IMG/VR virus record: IMGVR_UViG_3300015050_000552 | Location: 1 to 24,322 of that record | Length of the DNA stretch: 24,322 nt | Reading direction: 5' to 3' (one strand) | Origin: a virus | Taxonomy: Duplodnaviria; Caudoviricetes | Shown: one piece after another, positions 1 to 8,754 of the stretch | Numbering within the stretch: position 1 is the stretch's first letter | Layout: each line of letters begins with the position of its first letter | The notes under the pieces: generated by a model | Databases searched by the model: none | What the model saw: only the letters and a program-made list of their open reading frames with translations | What the model was told of the DNA's origin: nothing | Position numbers and translations under genes: made by a program

Positions 1-49
1 CTTGGCAACCCACAGTCCAATCTCCCGGGCCAAACTTCCCCGCTGAGGG

Positions 50-78
50 TTGACACCCGGCCCGGGATCAGGTAGGGT
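50..78 (+). promoter_or_regulatory. sigma70-type promoter for the packaging/structural operon
   Basis: Perfect -35 TTGACA (50-55), 17-bp spacer, and -10-like TAGGGT (73-78) keeping the TAnnnT core. It ends 5 nt before the ATG at 84. The spacer holds the inverted repeat CCCGG-C-CCGGG (56-66). Confidence 0.6.
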
Positions 79-83
79 AACGT

Positions 84-563
84 ATGGCCGCGACACAAAT
101 TAAGGAAATGAGACCGACTCACGAGGGAGTTTTAGACCTTGTGTTGGCGAATCCTCATCAGACGCTGGAGAATCTCGGGTTGGCGACAGGTTATTCGCCG
201 GCTTGGCTCTCGCAAATGATGCGCTCGGATTGCTTCCGCGCTGCGTATGACGCGAGGCGTGGCGATATCGAGGCGCAGGTGATGATGCCTTTGCAGGCGA
301 AGCTGGCTGCGGTGGCAGAGCTTGCGATTGATAAGGTGTCCGCCGATCTGCTCGCTTCGAAAGACAAAGAGCACAATCTGGATGCTTTCGACAAGATCAT
401 GCACGCTGCCGGCTATGCGCCGAATTCGAAGTCTGCTGGTGCCGCACCCGCTATCGGTGTTCAGAACAATACGTTCATAGTGAACAAAGACGATCTGCGT
501 GAGGCGCGTGAAGTTATCATAAACCCGCCCCAGCCCGCGCAGATCGCTCATGACGCAACGTAG
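84..563 (+). CDS. terS: putative terminase small subunit (HTH-like N-terminus)
   Basis: 159 aa. HTH-like segment (TLENLGLATGYSPAWLSQMMRSDCF) followed by helical oligomerisation-type segments. First gene of the module, upstream of terL. Confidence 0.6.
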   Translation: MAATQIKEMRPTHEGVLDLVLANPHQTLENLGLATGYSPAWLSQMMRSDCFRAAYDARRGDIEAQVMMPLQAKLAAVAELAIDKVSADLLASKDKEHNLDAFDKIMHAAGYAPNSKSAGAAPAIGVQNNTFIVNKDDLREAREVIINPPQPAQIAHDAT

Positions 564-1083
564 ATTTCTTACCGCGGACTCGGTGCTGAGTGCTAAGCAC
601 ATTCCGTTTAAACCTGCATTTATACGGCAACAGAAGCAGAGGGGAGCTAAAGCAGTAGGACTGCGGTATGAACGAAAGGCGCTTGAGAAGATCGAGCGAC
701 TGGTTCAGGAACAGTCCGTGGATGCTACGTTGCTGCTCTCTCCTTGGTTCGAGTATACGGATGCGACTGGAAAGCATTGGTGTCAGCCGGACTGTGTTGT
801 AATCTCGCATGACAGGACTCACGGTGGTGTCATAGAGATTAAATATAAGCACACGGCCGATGCCTGGTTTCAGCTTTGGAAGCTTTATGTGCCAGTGTTG
901 CAGAAGGCGTTTCCTGACGTAAAGAAGTGGGTTACTGTGGAAATGGTTAAGTGGTTGGACCCGGCTGTCGTGTTTCCCGAGTCCTTTGATTTGACTGACT
1001 CACCGTTGAAAGTTCTAAATGCAAACAGAACATCCGTTCATATCTGGAATCCAAGCCGAGACTTCCTCACGGCCGCTTCCTGA
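550..1083 (+). CDS. PD-(D/E)XK (RecB/restriction-like) nuclease
   Basis: Motifs YE...CQPDCVV...VIEIK...FQLWKLY match the E / PD / ExK / Q-L-x-x-(x)-Y pattern. Overlaps the terS stop. Confidence 0.7.
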   Translation: MTQRRFLTADSVLSAKHIPFKPAFIRQQKQRGAKAVGLRYERKALEKIERLVQEQSVDATLLLSPWFEYTDATGKHWCQPDCVVISHDRTHGGVIEIKYKHTADAWFQLWKLYVPVLQKAFPDVKKWVTVEMVKWLDPAVVFPESFDLTDSPLKVLNANRTSVHIWNPSRDFLTAAS

Positions 1084-1312
1084 GGCCATTGAACAGATTG
1101 ATAACTACGGCGTAGAGCCGGGGACCGAACTCGACATTGCGACAGCAATTGTCTATCTGAAGGCGCAGGCCCGCATCAAGGGGTTTGACTTCTTACCGAT
1201 GGAAGTGCAGATTTCCAATACGCCGCACTCGTGGATTATCGCTGCGAAGCGGTTTGTTAAGGAACGCAAAGAAGAAGGCTATGCAGGAAAGCGATTCGAC
1301 GCTAACGCCTGA
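1019..1312 (+). CDS. hypothetical protein
   Basis: 97-aa ORF filling the gap between the nuclease and terL, overlapping both. Composition is protein-like but there is no clear RBS. Confidence 0.5.
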   Translation: MQTEHPFISGIQAETSSRPLPEAIEQIDNYGVEPGTELDIATAIVYLKAQARIKGFDFLPMEVQISNTPHSWIIAAKRFVKERKEEGYAGKRFDANA

Positions 1313-2780
1313 AATCGGCCCGAAGCTTCTGGAACTTGATCAGAAGCAGGCGGTCAAACTCGGCGCTGCATCCCTTGGAAATTACGGGAGGATTTTCTTC
1401 CCTAAGACGTTCCGTCAGAAGTCTCCCAGGATGCACGAAGAGATCGGCACGGCGCTTTACAGCATGGAGCGCTATAATGCTTTCATGATCTTTCGCGACG
1501 GCGCGAAGACTTCTCTGCTGCGTGTCTTTACTTCGCAAAGGATCGCGTATGCAATCTCCCGAACAATTATGTACGTCTCCGTTAGCCAACAGCACTCCAT
1601 GTTCAGTTTGCGGTGGCTTAAGAGACAGGTCGAATCAAACACTAAGTGGGCATCCACCTTCGGTCTGCGAAAAGGCTCTAAATGGACAGACGAGTGGTTG
1701 GAAATCTATCACGGGATTGAAGAGACGCCCATCACTATATTGGCTATGGGTATCACAGGTCAGATACGAGGCTTCAACCCAGACGATTTCCGTCCTGATC
1801 TGATCATTGTCGACGACGTGCTGAATGAGGAGAACACTGCTACTCCCGAGCAGCGGAAGAAGATCGACGACTTATTGTTCGGCGCATTGCTGAATTCACT
1901 TGCCCCAGCTACGGAAGCGCCCTGGGCGAAAGCCGTGTTCCTGCAGACTCCTATGCATAAGGAAGATGCAATCAATCGCTGCATGAAAGACCCGCAGTTT
2001 AATCCGAAATGCTTTGGTGTGTTTGACGAGTTTGGTCGTAGTCGCTGGGAAGAACGCTGGCCGACTGAGACATTGATCAAAGAGAAGGAAGCGCATGTCA
2101 GGCGCGGGCAGTATCGTCTGTGGATGCGCGAGAAAGAATGTAAGATTGTCGCTGGCGAGGATAAAGCTATCGACATAACAAAGTTTAAGCACTACGATAT
2201 GCTGCCGGAATCGCTGGAAGTTATCATAGCGATTGACCCGGCGTCGTCTGATTCACAAACAGCAGACGATCACGCAATCGTGGCTCTTGGCTTCCGAGGG
2301 AATGACGTGTGGGTGCTGGACTATCAATTGGCCAAGGGCGTGATGCCCGACAAAGCTGCCAACGATTTCTTCCAGCTCGTGCTCATGTATGGCCCTCGGA
2401 AAGCGGCAGTTGAAACGATTTCGTATCAGCGGGTTTTGAAATGGTATCTGGAGCAAGAGATGTTGAAGCGTCGCATCTTCGTTCCTATGGATGCTATTCA
2501 GGACAAGCGTAGCAAAGCTAACAGAATCATGCAAGCCATTCCGGGCTTGGTTTCTTACGGGCATTTCTTCATCCGGCCGAGTATGCAAGAGCTGATCGAC
2601 CAAGCGGATGACTATGATCCGGAACAGAAGAACCCGAAGGACGACTTGCTGGACGCTATTGCAACAGGAATTACCTGTCAGAACCCTGCGCTCCGCGCTG
2701 GCCTTACGCTCGATGGTGAGTATAACGTCGTGGAGGATGAAGAAGAGTATCCTACATTGAGAATTGGAGGCTGTCCATGA
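1281..2780 (+). CDS. terL: terminase large subunit
   Basis: Start reassigned to ATG 1281 (GAAGG upstream). Walker A-like FRDGAKTS, Walker B PDLIIVDDV, coupling motif LQTPMH, RNase H-like nuclease AIDPAS...D and C-terminal DDLLDA. Confidence 0.93.
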   Translation: MQESDSTLTPEIGPKLLELDQKQAVKLGAASLGNYGRIFFPKTFRQKSPRMHEEIGTALYSMERYNAFMIFRDGAKTSLLRVFTSQRIAYAISRTIMYVSVSQQHSMFSLRWLKRQVESNTKWASTFGLRKGSKWTDEWLEIYHGIEETPITILAMGITGQIRGFNPDDFRPDLIIVDDVLNEENTATPEQRKKIDDLLFGALLNSLAPATEAPWAKAVFLQTPMHKEDAINRCMKDPQFNPKCFGVFDEFGRSRWEERWPTETLIKEKEAHVRRGQYRLWMREKECKIVAGEDKAIDITKFKHYDMLPESLEVIIAIDPASSDSQTADDHAIVALGFRGNDVWVLDYQLAKGVMPDKAANDFFQLVLMYGPRKAAVETISYQRVLKWYLEQEMLKRRIFVPMDAIQDKRSKANRIMQAIPGLVSYGHFFIRPSMQELIDQADDYDPEQKNPKDDLLDAIATGITCQNPALRAGLTLDGEYNVVEDEEEYPTLRIGGCP

Positions 2781-4723
2781 CGCCAGAAGGTTTGGCCTCA
2801 GCGCTTAAGCATGGGGGTGCTGGCCACCGCCGTGTGCTCGACGCGTGTAAATCTCGGATTCGTATGTCCGAGCAACGCATGCGTCCTCGCTTTCAGCAGA
2901 TGAATAAGAATGATGAGCGCTTTCAAGCTTATGTTCCGGAGTCTGATCTGGATGCGATACGCAGAACGAATCGTGATAATAAGGGAATGCCGGAGTATCG
3001 GACTGTAGAGATACCGTATTCCTATGCTTGTTTGATGACAGCGCATACGTATTACACCTCGGTATTCCTTGGCCGCTCGCCGGTGTTCCAGGTGTCTGGG
3101 CGGCATGGCGAAGGTGAGATGAATGTTCAGTCGATCGAGGCGATCCTGGACTATCAGCGGCAGGTTGGTGAAATGTCAGTGCCGCTGTATATCTGGCTGC
3201 TTGACCCGGGTAAGTATGGCTATGGTGTGTTGGGCCACTATTGGGACGAGCAGTATACCAACGTGCGGCAAGTGGTCGAAGAGCCGGTGACTTTCATGGG
3301 GATGCCTGTGATTGGCGCAGCTCCGCGTAAAGTTGAGCGGGTAACGGAAGTTCCTGGATACCGTGGGAACAGGGTTTACAATGTCCGTCCTCACGACTTC
3401 TTCCCTGACCCACGTGTGCCAGTTCGTTACTTCCAAAAGGGAGAGTTCTGTGGGCGCTATATTGAGCATAGCTGGTTTGATGTTGTTGCTGGTGAGCGAG
3501 CTGGTCGCTTTTTCAACGTTGACAAACTGCGCTCAATGCGGCGAGACAAAGATACATCTTCTGGTGGCATTGTTGCTCGCGATATGGGGTCTAGCAATGT
3601 TGTTAGCGGCCTCCCTGACATTTCCGTGGCAGACATTGAAGACCGTATTCCAGCAGGATTCATCAAAGGCTATGAGCTTTATGTTAAGCTTATTCCTAAT
3701 GAGTGGGGCTTTGGTAAAGAAGACCGTGTCGAAACCTGGGTCATCACCCTCAGCTCCAACGGAATCATCTACGGCTGCGAACCGCTCGCAGAATTCCTCG
3801 ATCAATTCCCCTTCGACGTAATCGAGCACGAGCCGGAAGGCTACGCTTTGGTATCCCGTTCCATGCTGGAGATCTCCCAGCCCCTGACGGATATCATCTC
3901 CTGGCTCGTCAACACCCACTTTTACAACGTCCGTCAGACCCTCAACAATCAGTTCATCGTCGACCCTTCGATGGTCGTCATGAAGGACGTTGAAAACCCC
4001 AACCCTGGCCGTGTCATCCGGCTAAAGCCTTCGGCTTATGGTAAAGATGTCAGGACCCTTTTGACTCAGTTGCAGAACTCAGATGTGACTGGTCGGCATA
4101 TGTCTGACATTGGACCGATTACTGAATTCGTTCAGCGTGCGTTGGGCACACCGGACTCGGTGATGGGGATGCTTCCGACGAAGAGTCATACGACTGCCAC
4201 GGCTACGCGGACGAGCACGAGCTTTGGCACGAACCGACTGAAGACGAATTGCGAGTATTACTCGGCCATGGGCTGGACTCCTTTCGTTCAGAAGCTCATA
4301 CAGCGCACTCAGCAGCGCATGGACTATGAGCAATACTTCAGGGTGGCAGGAGACACTGCACAATACGGGAAGCCGTGGGTTCAAGCAACTCCGGATACCA
4401 TTCGAGGTTTCTACGACTTCATTCCTGTCGATGGGACGCTGCCAGTTGATCGGTTTGCACAAGCGAATCTCTGGCAAATGATGCTGGGGCAGATTCGCAA
4501 CTATCCGCAGATCATGCAGAATTATGATATTGCAAAAATCTTCGGGTGGGTTGCTACCTTGGCTGGTATCAAGAACATTGCTCAGTTCAAGATCACGCCG
4601 GATGCGTTACTGCAACAACAAGCTCAAGCTGGTAACGTGGTGCCGATAGGCACGGCGCAAAAGAACCTGCCGCCGAATCTGAATGAGCCGAGACAAGTTC
4701 CTGGCATGGGAGCAACCGGCTGA
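2777..4723 (+). CDS. portal protein
   Basis: 648 aa directly after terL (ATGA overlap, GGAGG RBS). Podovirus portal-like segments (DFFPDP, HTTATA, Q-rich C-terminus). Confidence 0.88.
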   Translation: MTPEGLASALKHGGAGHRRVLDACKSRIRMSEQRMRPRFQQMNKNDERFQAYVPESDLDAIRRTNRDNKGMPEYRTVEIPYSYACLMTAHTYYTSVFLGRSPVFQVSGRHGEGEMNVQSIEAILDYQRQVGEMSVPLYIWLLDPGKYGYGVLGHYWDEQYTNVRQVVEEPVTFMGMPVIGAAPRKVERVTEVPGYRGNRVYNVRPHDFFPDPRVPVRYFQKGEFCGRYIEHSWFDVVAGERAGRFFNVDKLRSMRRDKDTSSGGIVARDMGSSNVVSGLPDISVADIEDRIPAGFIKGYELYVKLIPNEWGFGKEDRVETWVITLSSNGIIYGCEPLAEFLDQFPFDVIEHEPEGYALVSRSMLEISQPLTDIISWLVNTHFYNVRQTLNNQFIVDPSMVVMKDVENPNPGRVIRLKPSAYGKDVRTLLTQLQNSDVTGRHMSDIGPITEFVQRALGTPDSVMGMLPTKSHTTATATRTSTSFGTNRLKTNCEYYSAMGWTPFVQKLIQRTQQRMDYEQYFRVAGDTAQYGKPWVQATPDTIRGFYDFIPVDGTLPVDRFAQANLWQMMLGQIRNYPQIMQNYDIAKIFGWVATLAGIKNIAQFKITPDALLQQQAQAGNVVPIGTAQKNLPPNLNEPRQVPGMGATG

Positions 4724-5130
4724 TGGATAAGATTGAACTCGAAGGTGAATTAAGTGACGCTGCTAGTGAACTGAAAGTCTGGAAGGACTTGAAGGAGACT
4801 CACGGCTGGCAGCGTATGCAGGTGATGGTTCAAGGGCAGATCAACGCCCGGTTTACTGAGTATCGGAAGCCTCTCGGTTCAATGGATGAGGTTCCCGCGC
4901 AAGAGTATTTGAAAGGCGAGATGGCTGGACTCGAGCTGTTCAGCGGTCTGTTGGATGCCGAGATTGAGAGACTCGAAGCGTTAATTGAACGTTTAACTAA
5001 GGAGATAGAAGATGAACCTGACACGGAAGATTCTGCAACGGCTGGAGATGCCGGAGGGGGAGACGGGCTCGACCTCATCGACGAGTCCCGCACCGACACC
5101 TTCGCCGACGGCAGCACCAGCAACACCTGA
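4723..5130 (+). CDS. small portal-adjacent head assembly protein (hypothetical)
   Basis: TGATG coupling to the portal. Helical protein (HGWQ...YLKGEMAGL) in the usual portal-scaffold slot. Its acidic tail overlaps the scaffold start. Confidence 0.7.
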   Translation: MDKIELEGELSDAASELKVWKDLKETHGWQRMQVMVQGQINARFTEYRKPLGSMDEVPAQEYLKGEMAGLELFSGLLDAEIERLEALIERLTKEIEDEPDTEDSATAGDAGGGDGLDLIDESRTDTFADGSTSNT

Positions 5131-6025
5131 AGCGCCTGCGGCTGCGGCCGGAGAAGATAACGGAGAGGTAGAAGATCTTTCTGCGTCTCCTGAAGATTGG
5201 GCTGCGCTCTCGGCCGAGACTGATGAAGATGAACCGGCAGCACCCGTTGCGACGCCAGCTCCTGCTGCGCCCGCTCCGGCACCTGCTGCCGCTCCGTCGC
5301 CTTCACCAGCTCCGGCTCCCGCACAGCCCGGTGCGCCGGCAACACCTGCAGCTGCTCCTGCGGCTCCTGCAGCAACACCAGCAACGCCTGCAACTCCGGT
5401 TGCAACGCCTGCTGCGCCAGCACCCCAGAGAACGGCCGAGGAACTGGAAGCAGAAGCCCGGCAAGCTGCGAAGACTTATCAGGACGGCTTGGAGAAAGCT
5501 TATCAACTTCCTGAAGACCTCGCAACGCAGGTAGCCACAGAGCCGGAACTCGTGCTGCCTAAGATTGCTGCGCAACTGCACATGGCAGTGGAACACGCGG
5601 TGCTTCAACGTGTTTCCCAGATGATTCCGGGGTATATCTCACATCACCAAGTTATCACGGTGAAGGAAGAGCAGGCCAAAGCGGCCTTCTTCGAGGCAAA
5701 CCCTGATCTGACAAACTATGACGCTCAAGTGCGGCAAGCCGGTCTGATGTTCAGAAGCTTGAACAAAGACGCAACTCCGGAACAAGCGATTCTGGCTATC
5801 GGGAATATGGTGAGATCGGCGATGGGTCTGCCGGCTTTGCAACCGAAACCAGGTGCTGGAGCGGGGCCTGCTGCCTCCGCAACACCAGTGGTTGTCACCC
5901 GTCCTGCTGGGACAGGCCATAAGCCTGCCATGCCGGGCTCTGGTGGCGGCGCTGCGCAACCTGCGGCTGGTAATGAGTGGGGCAATATGGCGGAAGCTAT
6001 GATCGCGGAAGATCAGGCGCCGTAA
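5012..6025 (+). CDS. capsid scaffolding protein
   Basis: AAGGAG RBS. Acidic, Pro/Ala-rich disordered N-terminal half and a helical core. Immediately upstream of the major capsid gene. Confidence 0.8.
   Translation: MNLTRKILQRLEMPEGETGSTSSTSPAPTPSPTAAPATPEAPAAAAGEDNGEVEDLSASPEDWAALSAETDEDEPAAPVATPAPAAPAPAPAAAPSPSPAPAPAQPGAPATPAAAPAAPAATPATPATPVATPAAPAPQRTAEELEAEARQAAKTYQDGLEKAYQLPEDLATQVATEPELVLPKIAAQLHMAVEHAVLQRVSQMIPGYISHHQVITVKEEQAKAAFFEANPDLTNYDAQVRQAGLMFRSLNKDATPEQAILAIGNMVRSAMGLPALQPKPGAGAGPAASATPVVVTRPAGTGHKPAMPGSGGGAAQPAAGNEWGNMAEAMIAEDQAP
5235..5430 (+). repeat. low-complexity Pro/Ala/Thr coding repeats (PAAP, ATP) within the scaffold
   Basis: Degenerate GCT/CCT/GCA/ACA codon repeats encoding PAAPVATPAPAAPAPAPAAAP...ATPATPATP. 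Confidence 0.75.
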
Positions 6026-6047
6026 GCTTCACGAAGGAGAAGTAAAG

Positions 6048-7316
6048 ATGTTTTCGCTTTTGCATTTGCTTTGGAACCCGCAGGCGCTTTTCAGCCTGTT
6101 CCAGTTCTTTGCTATCGCATCACTGCGTGGCACGGGCGACTGGGGCACGGATGAGCGTCCGAAGTCGTTCAGGGAGATGATTCTCTGGCGGCGCCCCAAC
6201 GGTTCAGCACCGCTGCTGGCTTTCACGTCCAAGACGAAGAGCCAGTCGCTGACTGATCCGGAGTTCGCATGGTGGGAAGAAGAGCTGAACGCTATCCGTG
6301 TCCGTATTTCCTATACGACCGGTTACGCTACATCAGCCACGACACTGGTTGTCGACACCTCAGGCGATGCTCAAGACCTCGTGGCCGGCGACGTTCTGCT
6401 GGTCGAAGCTGCGCTGACCTCGTCCTACACTCACGAGTTGCTGGTTGTCTCGTCGGTGGACTCGAGCACGCAGTTTGTGGTGAAGCGCGCACAAGCCGGC
6501 ACGACTGCGGCGACGATCGCTCACCAGACGTACCTGACGAAAATCGGGAACGTCTTTGCCGAGGGCACAGGCGCACCGGGCGTAAGCACCCGCAATCCGA
6601 CGAAGCTCTATAACTATGTGCAGATTTTCAAGACTGCATATAGCATCACCGAAACTGCGAAGCTTACCAAAGCCCGCACGGGTGATGCGCTGGCCAATGA
6701 CAAGAAGCGCAAGATGTTCGACCACTCCGTGGCCCTCGAACTCGCCTTCCTGTTCGGCAAGCGGTATGAAGCTGCGACAGGCGGCACGAACGGCAAACCG
6801 CTGCGCTTCACCGGTGGTGTGCTGTATATGTTCTCGCAGTATGCGACCAGCCGTATCACGGCTTTCACCACGACGCCTACCGAGACCACGCTGCTGGATG
6901 CGGTGTATCCGATCTGGGACTACGATACCGAAGCCGGTTCCGAACGGATTGCCTTCTGCGGCAATGGCGCGCTGAATTCCCTGAACAAGCTGGCCAAGAG
7001 CTCGAGCAGCACCCGTATCAACTTCGACGGGTATGTGACAGTTTACGGCATGAAGCTGATGCGTTGGGTCTTCCCGCAAGGTGAAATCTACCTGCGGACC
7101 CATCCGCTGTTCAACACGCACGCCAGGTTCACAAACGATATCTTCATCTTCGACCCCAGCACCATGATCTACCGGTATCTGCGGGACACGAAGCCCAAAG
7201 AGAACATCCAGGGCAATGATGAAGATCTGCAAAAAGGTCAGTGGTTGACCGAAGCGGGGCTCGAAATGGAGCACGCCAAGACCAGCTGCTGGTTGTCGAA
7301 CTTCGTTGTGCCGTAA
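6048..7316 (+). CDS. major capsid protein (HK97 fold, DUF5309/SU10-like) with inserted beta domain
   Basis: AAGGAG RBS, strong C/G-ending codon bias, and follows the scaffold. Motifs FAWWEEEL, YNYVQIFKTAYSITET, ELAFLFG, RFTGGV, KGQWLTEAGLE. Confidence 0.9.
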   Translation: MFSLLHLLWNPQALFSLFQFFAIASLRGTGDWGTDERPKSFREMILWRRPNGSAPLLAFTSKTKSQSLTDPEFAWWEEELNAIRVRISYTTGYATSATTLVVDTSGDAQDLVAGDVLLVEAALTSSYTHELLVVSSVDSSTQFVVKRAQAGTTAATIAHQTYLTKIGNVFAEGTGAPGVSTRNPTKLYNYVQIFKTAYSITETAKLTKARTGDALANDKKRKMFDHSVALELAFLFGKRYEAATGGTNGKPLRFTGGVLYMFSQYATSRITAFTTTPTETTLLDAVYPIWDYDTEAGSERIAFCGNGALNSLNKLAKSSSSTRINFDGYVTVYGMKLMRWVFPQGEIYLRTHPLFNTHARFTNDIFIFDPSTMIYRYLRDTKPKENIQGNDEDLQKGQWLTEAGLEMEHAKTSCWLSNFVVP

Positions 7317-7338
7317 GACGACGAAGAAACTGTAATAC

Positions 7339-7373
7339 AGCCCGGGTTCATTTCACACTTGAACCCGGGCTTT
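7339..7373 (+). terminator. intrinsic terminator-like hairpin after the capsid gene (probably leaky)
   Basis: Perfect 12-bp stem AGCCCGGGTTCA / TGAACCCGGGCT with a 9-nt loop and only a short T run. Lies in the only sizeable intergenic gap of the operon. Confidence 0.7.
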
Positions 7374-7385
7374 AACGGAGGCTCT

Positions 7386-8093
7386 ATGAGCTCTTTACTG
7401 CAGAAGTTTAAAGAATTGAATGTGTATGTCGCTGTTCCATCCCAAGGAATGTGGGTGGCCGACTTCGGCACTTCGCTTTGCAATATGTTGACTACCTGTG
7501 GTTCGCACAGGATTGAGAATTACAAGACGCAAAAGATTCACACTATGTCGTCCAAGGGATCGGTGCTGCCGAAACTGCGGTGGAATGTAGTTGAGGAATG
7601 TCAGAAGAAGGAAGCTGACTACTTGTTGTTTGTGGACAGCGATCAGACGTTCCCTCGCAGCACGTTGCACCGGCTTATTAAACATGGTAAGGATTGTGTG
7701 GGAGCTAACATTGCGACCAAGACAATACCGACGCAGCCGACTGCGCGGATTATCACGAAGGAAGAGCCGATTTTTGGCTCGCCGGTGTACACTGACCCGG
7801 AGTCAAAAGGGCTTCAAAAGGTATGGAGGGTAGGCACCGGGCTGGTGCTGCTCTCGAAGAAAGCGATCAATACGATCAAGCCTGAAGACTTTGACATGTA
7901 CTGGCGGGAAGATGTGAAGCTGCATCAGGGTGAGGACTGGACGATGTTTGCTGCTCTTGAGAAGGCAGGCATCGACGTTTGGGTAGATCATGACTTGTCG
8001 AAAGAAGTCGGACACGTCGGTCTCTTTGAATTCACACATGAGTATACAGGAGAGGTGAAGCATGTGGGTCATACCGTCTCGCGCGCGGCCTGA
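7386..8093 (+). CDS. glycosyltransferase, GT-A fold (GT2-like)
   Basis: Start reassigned to ATG 7386 (GGAGG RBS). VYVAVPS strand, DYLLFVDSD (DxD), GTGLVLL, GEDW, VWVDHDL...GHVG. Confidence 0.85.
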   Translation: MSSLLQKFKELNVYVAVPSQGMWVADFGTSLCNMLTTCGSHRIENYKTQKIHTMSSKGSVLPKLRWNVVEECQKKEADYLLFVDSDQTFPRSTLHRLIKHGKDCVGANIATKTIPTQPTARIITKEEPIFGSPVYTDPESKGLQKVWRVGTGLVLLSKKAINTIKPEDFDMYWREDVKLHQGEDWTMFAALEKAGIDVWVDHDLSKEVGHVGLFEFTHEYTGEVKHVGHTVSRAA

Positions 8094-8754
8094 TTGGCTG
8101 GCACGTCTCTGCGATTCTTTCGGGCCGGAAGACCTGAAGGAACCGGTTGCAGTTATACTCTGCAAAGAAGACCCGAAGTGGGACGAATACTATCGTCGCC
8201 AATGGCCTGAGACTTGGAGCATCAACTTGGCTCCGGAAGGTCATACGTATTGCGGAGAGAAGATGAATTGGGCACTGGCTCAATTTCCGAAAGCGAAGTT
8301 CTACGGGCATCTGTGTGATGATGTCTGGATCAAGACGAAAGATATGTTGCCGCAGCTTTCTGCCGCTGCTGGGGATTGGAAGATCAGCTACCCCGGTGAC
8401 GGTATCTATGACGATCAGGGAAAGGAGGCGATCATCTGTTTTCCTTGTTCTGGGGGTAAGTTGATACGAGCTCTCGGCTGGTGGGCTCACCCAGATTTGA
8501 AGCATAACTGTATCGATTCGGTGCTGACAGATATTGCCAGGATGGTGCCGGATTGCGAAGTTAACATGCGGCATTTGGAACTTGGTATGGTGCATCCGAG
8601 TGTCCGCAAAGATACGTGGGACGAGACTTACGAGCGCGTTGAGCTTATCAACCTCGAAGCCGGAACCATTTACCATCGAGTGTGGGATCGTCAGCCAGCA
8701 CAGAAAGACGCTCTCAATCGTATTCGTGAAGCAATGGAGGCCGACCGTGGCTGA
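8062..8754 (+). CDS. second putative glycosyltransferase, GT-A fold
   Basis: GAGG RBS. VIPSRARP start, EKMN, GHLCDDV (DD metal motif), ALGWW...KHNCID, C-terminal HP, in the order typical of small GT2-like proteins. Confidence 0.7.
   Translation: MWVIPSRARPDWLARLCDSFGPEDLKEPVAVILCKEDPKWDEYYRRQWPETWSINLAPEGHTYCGEKMNWALAQFPKAKFYGHLCDDVWIKTKDMLPQLSAAAGDWKISYPGDGIYDDQGKEAIICFPCSGGKLIRALGWWAHPDLKHNCIDSVLTDIARMVPDCEVNMRHLELGMVHPSVRKDTWDETYERVELINLEAGTIYHRVWDRQPAQKDALNRIREAMEADRG

Noticed and set aside
1185-1280. Upstream-extended starts in the ORF track (terL 1185; also 7359, 8534, 11470, 12706, 13049, 15418)
   Set aside because: Downstream starts have better RBSs and/or stop-start coupling, and the extensions overlap neighbouring genes or the terminator.
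5235-5430. Repetitive DNA resembling a tandem array or CRISPR
   Set aside because: Degenerate codon-level repeats encoding a Pro/Ala linker. No constant repeat-spacer structure and no cas genes.
6360-7274. 304-aa antisense ORF opposite the capsid gene, and similar long minus-strand ORFs (4830-5525, 8032-8784, 17441-18250)
   Set aside because: Shadow frames of strongly biased + strand genes, with no RBS or recognisable motifs. The whole module is co-directional.
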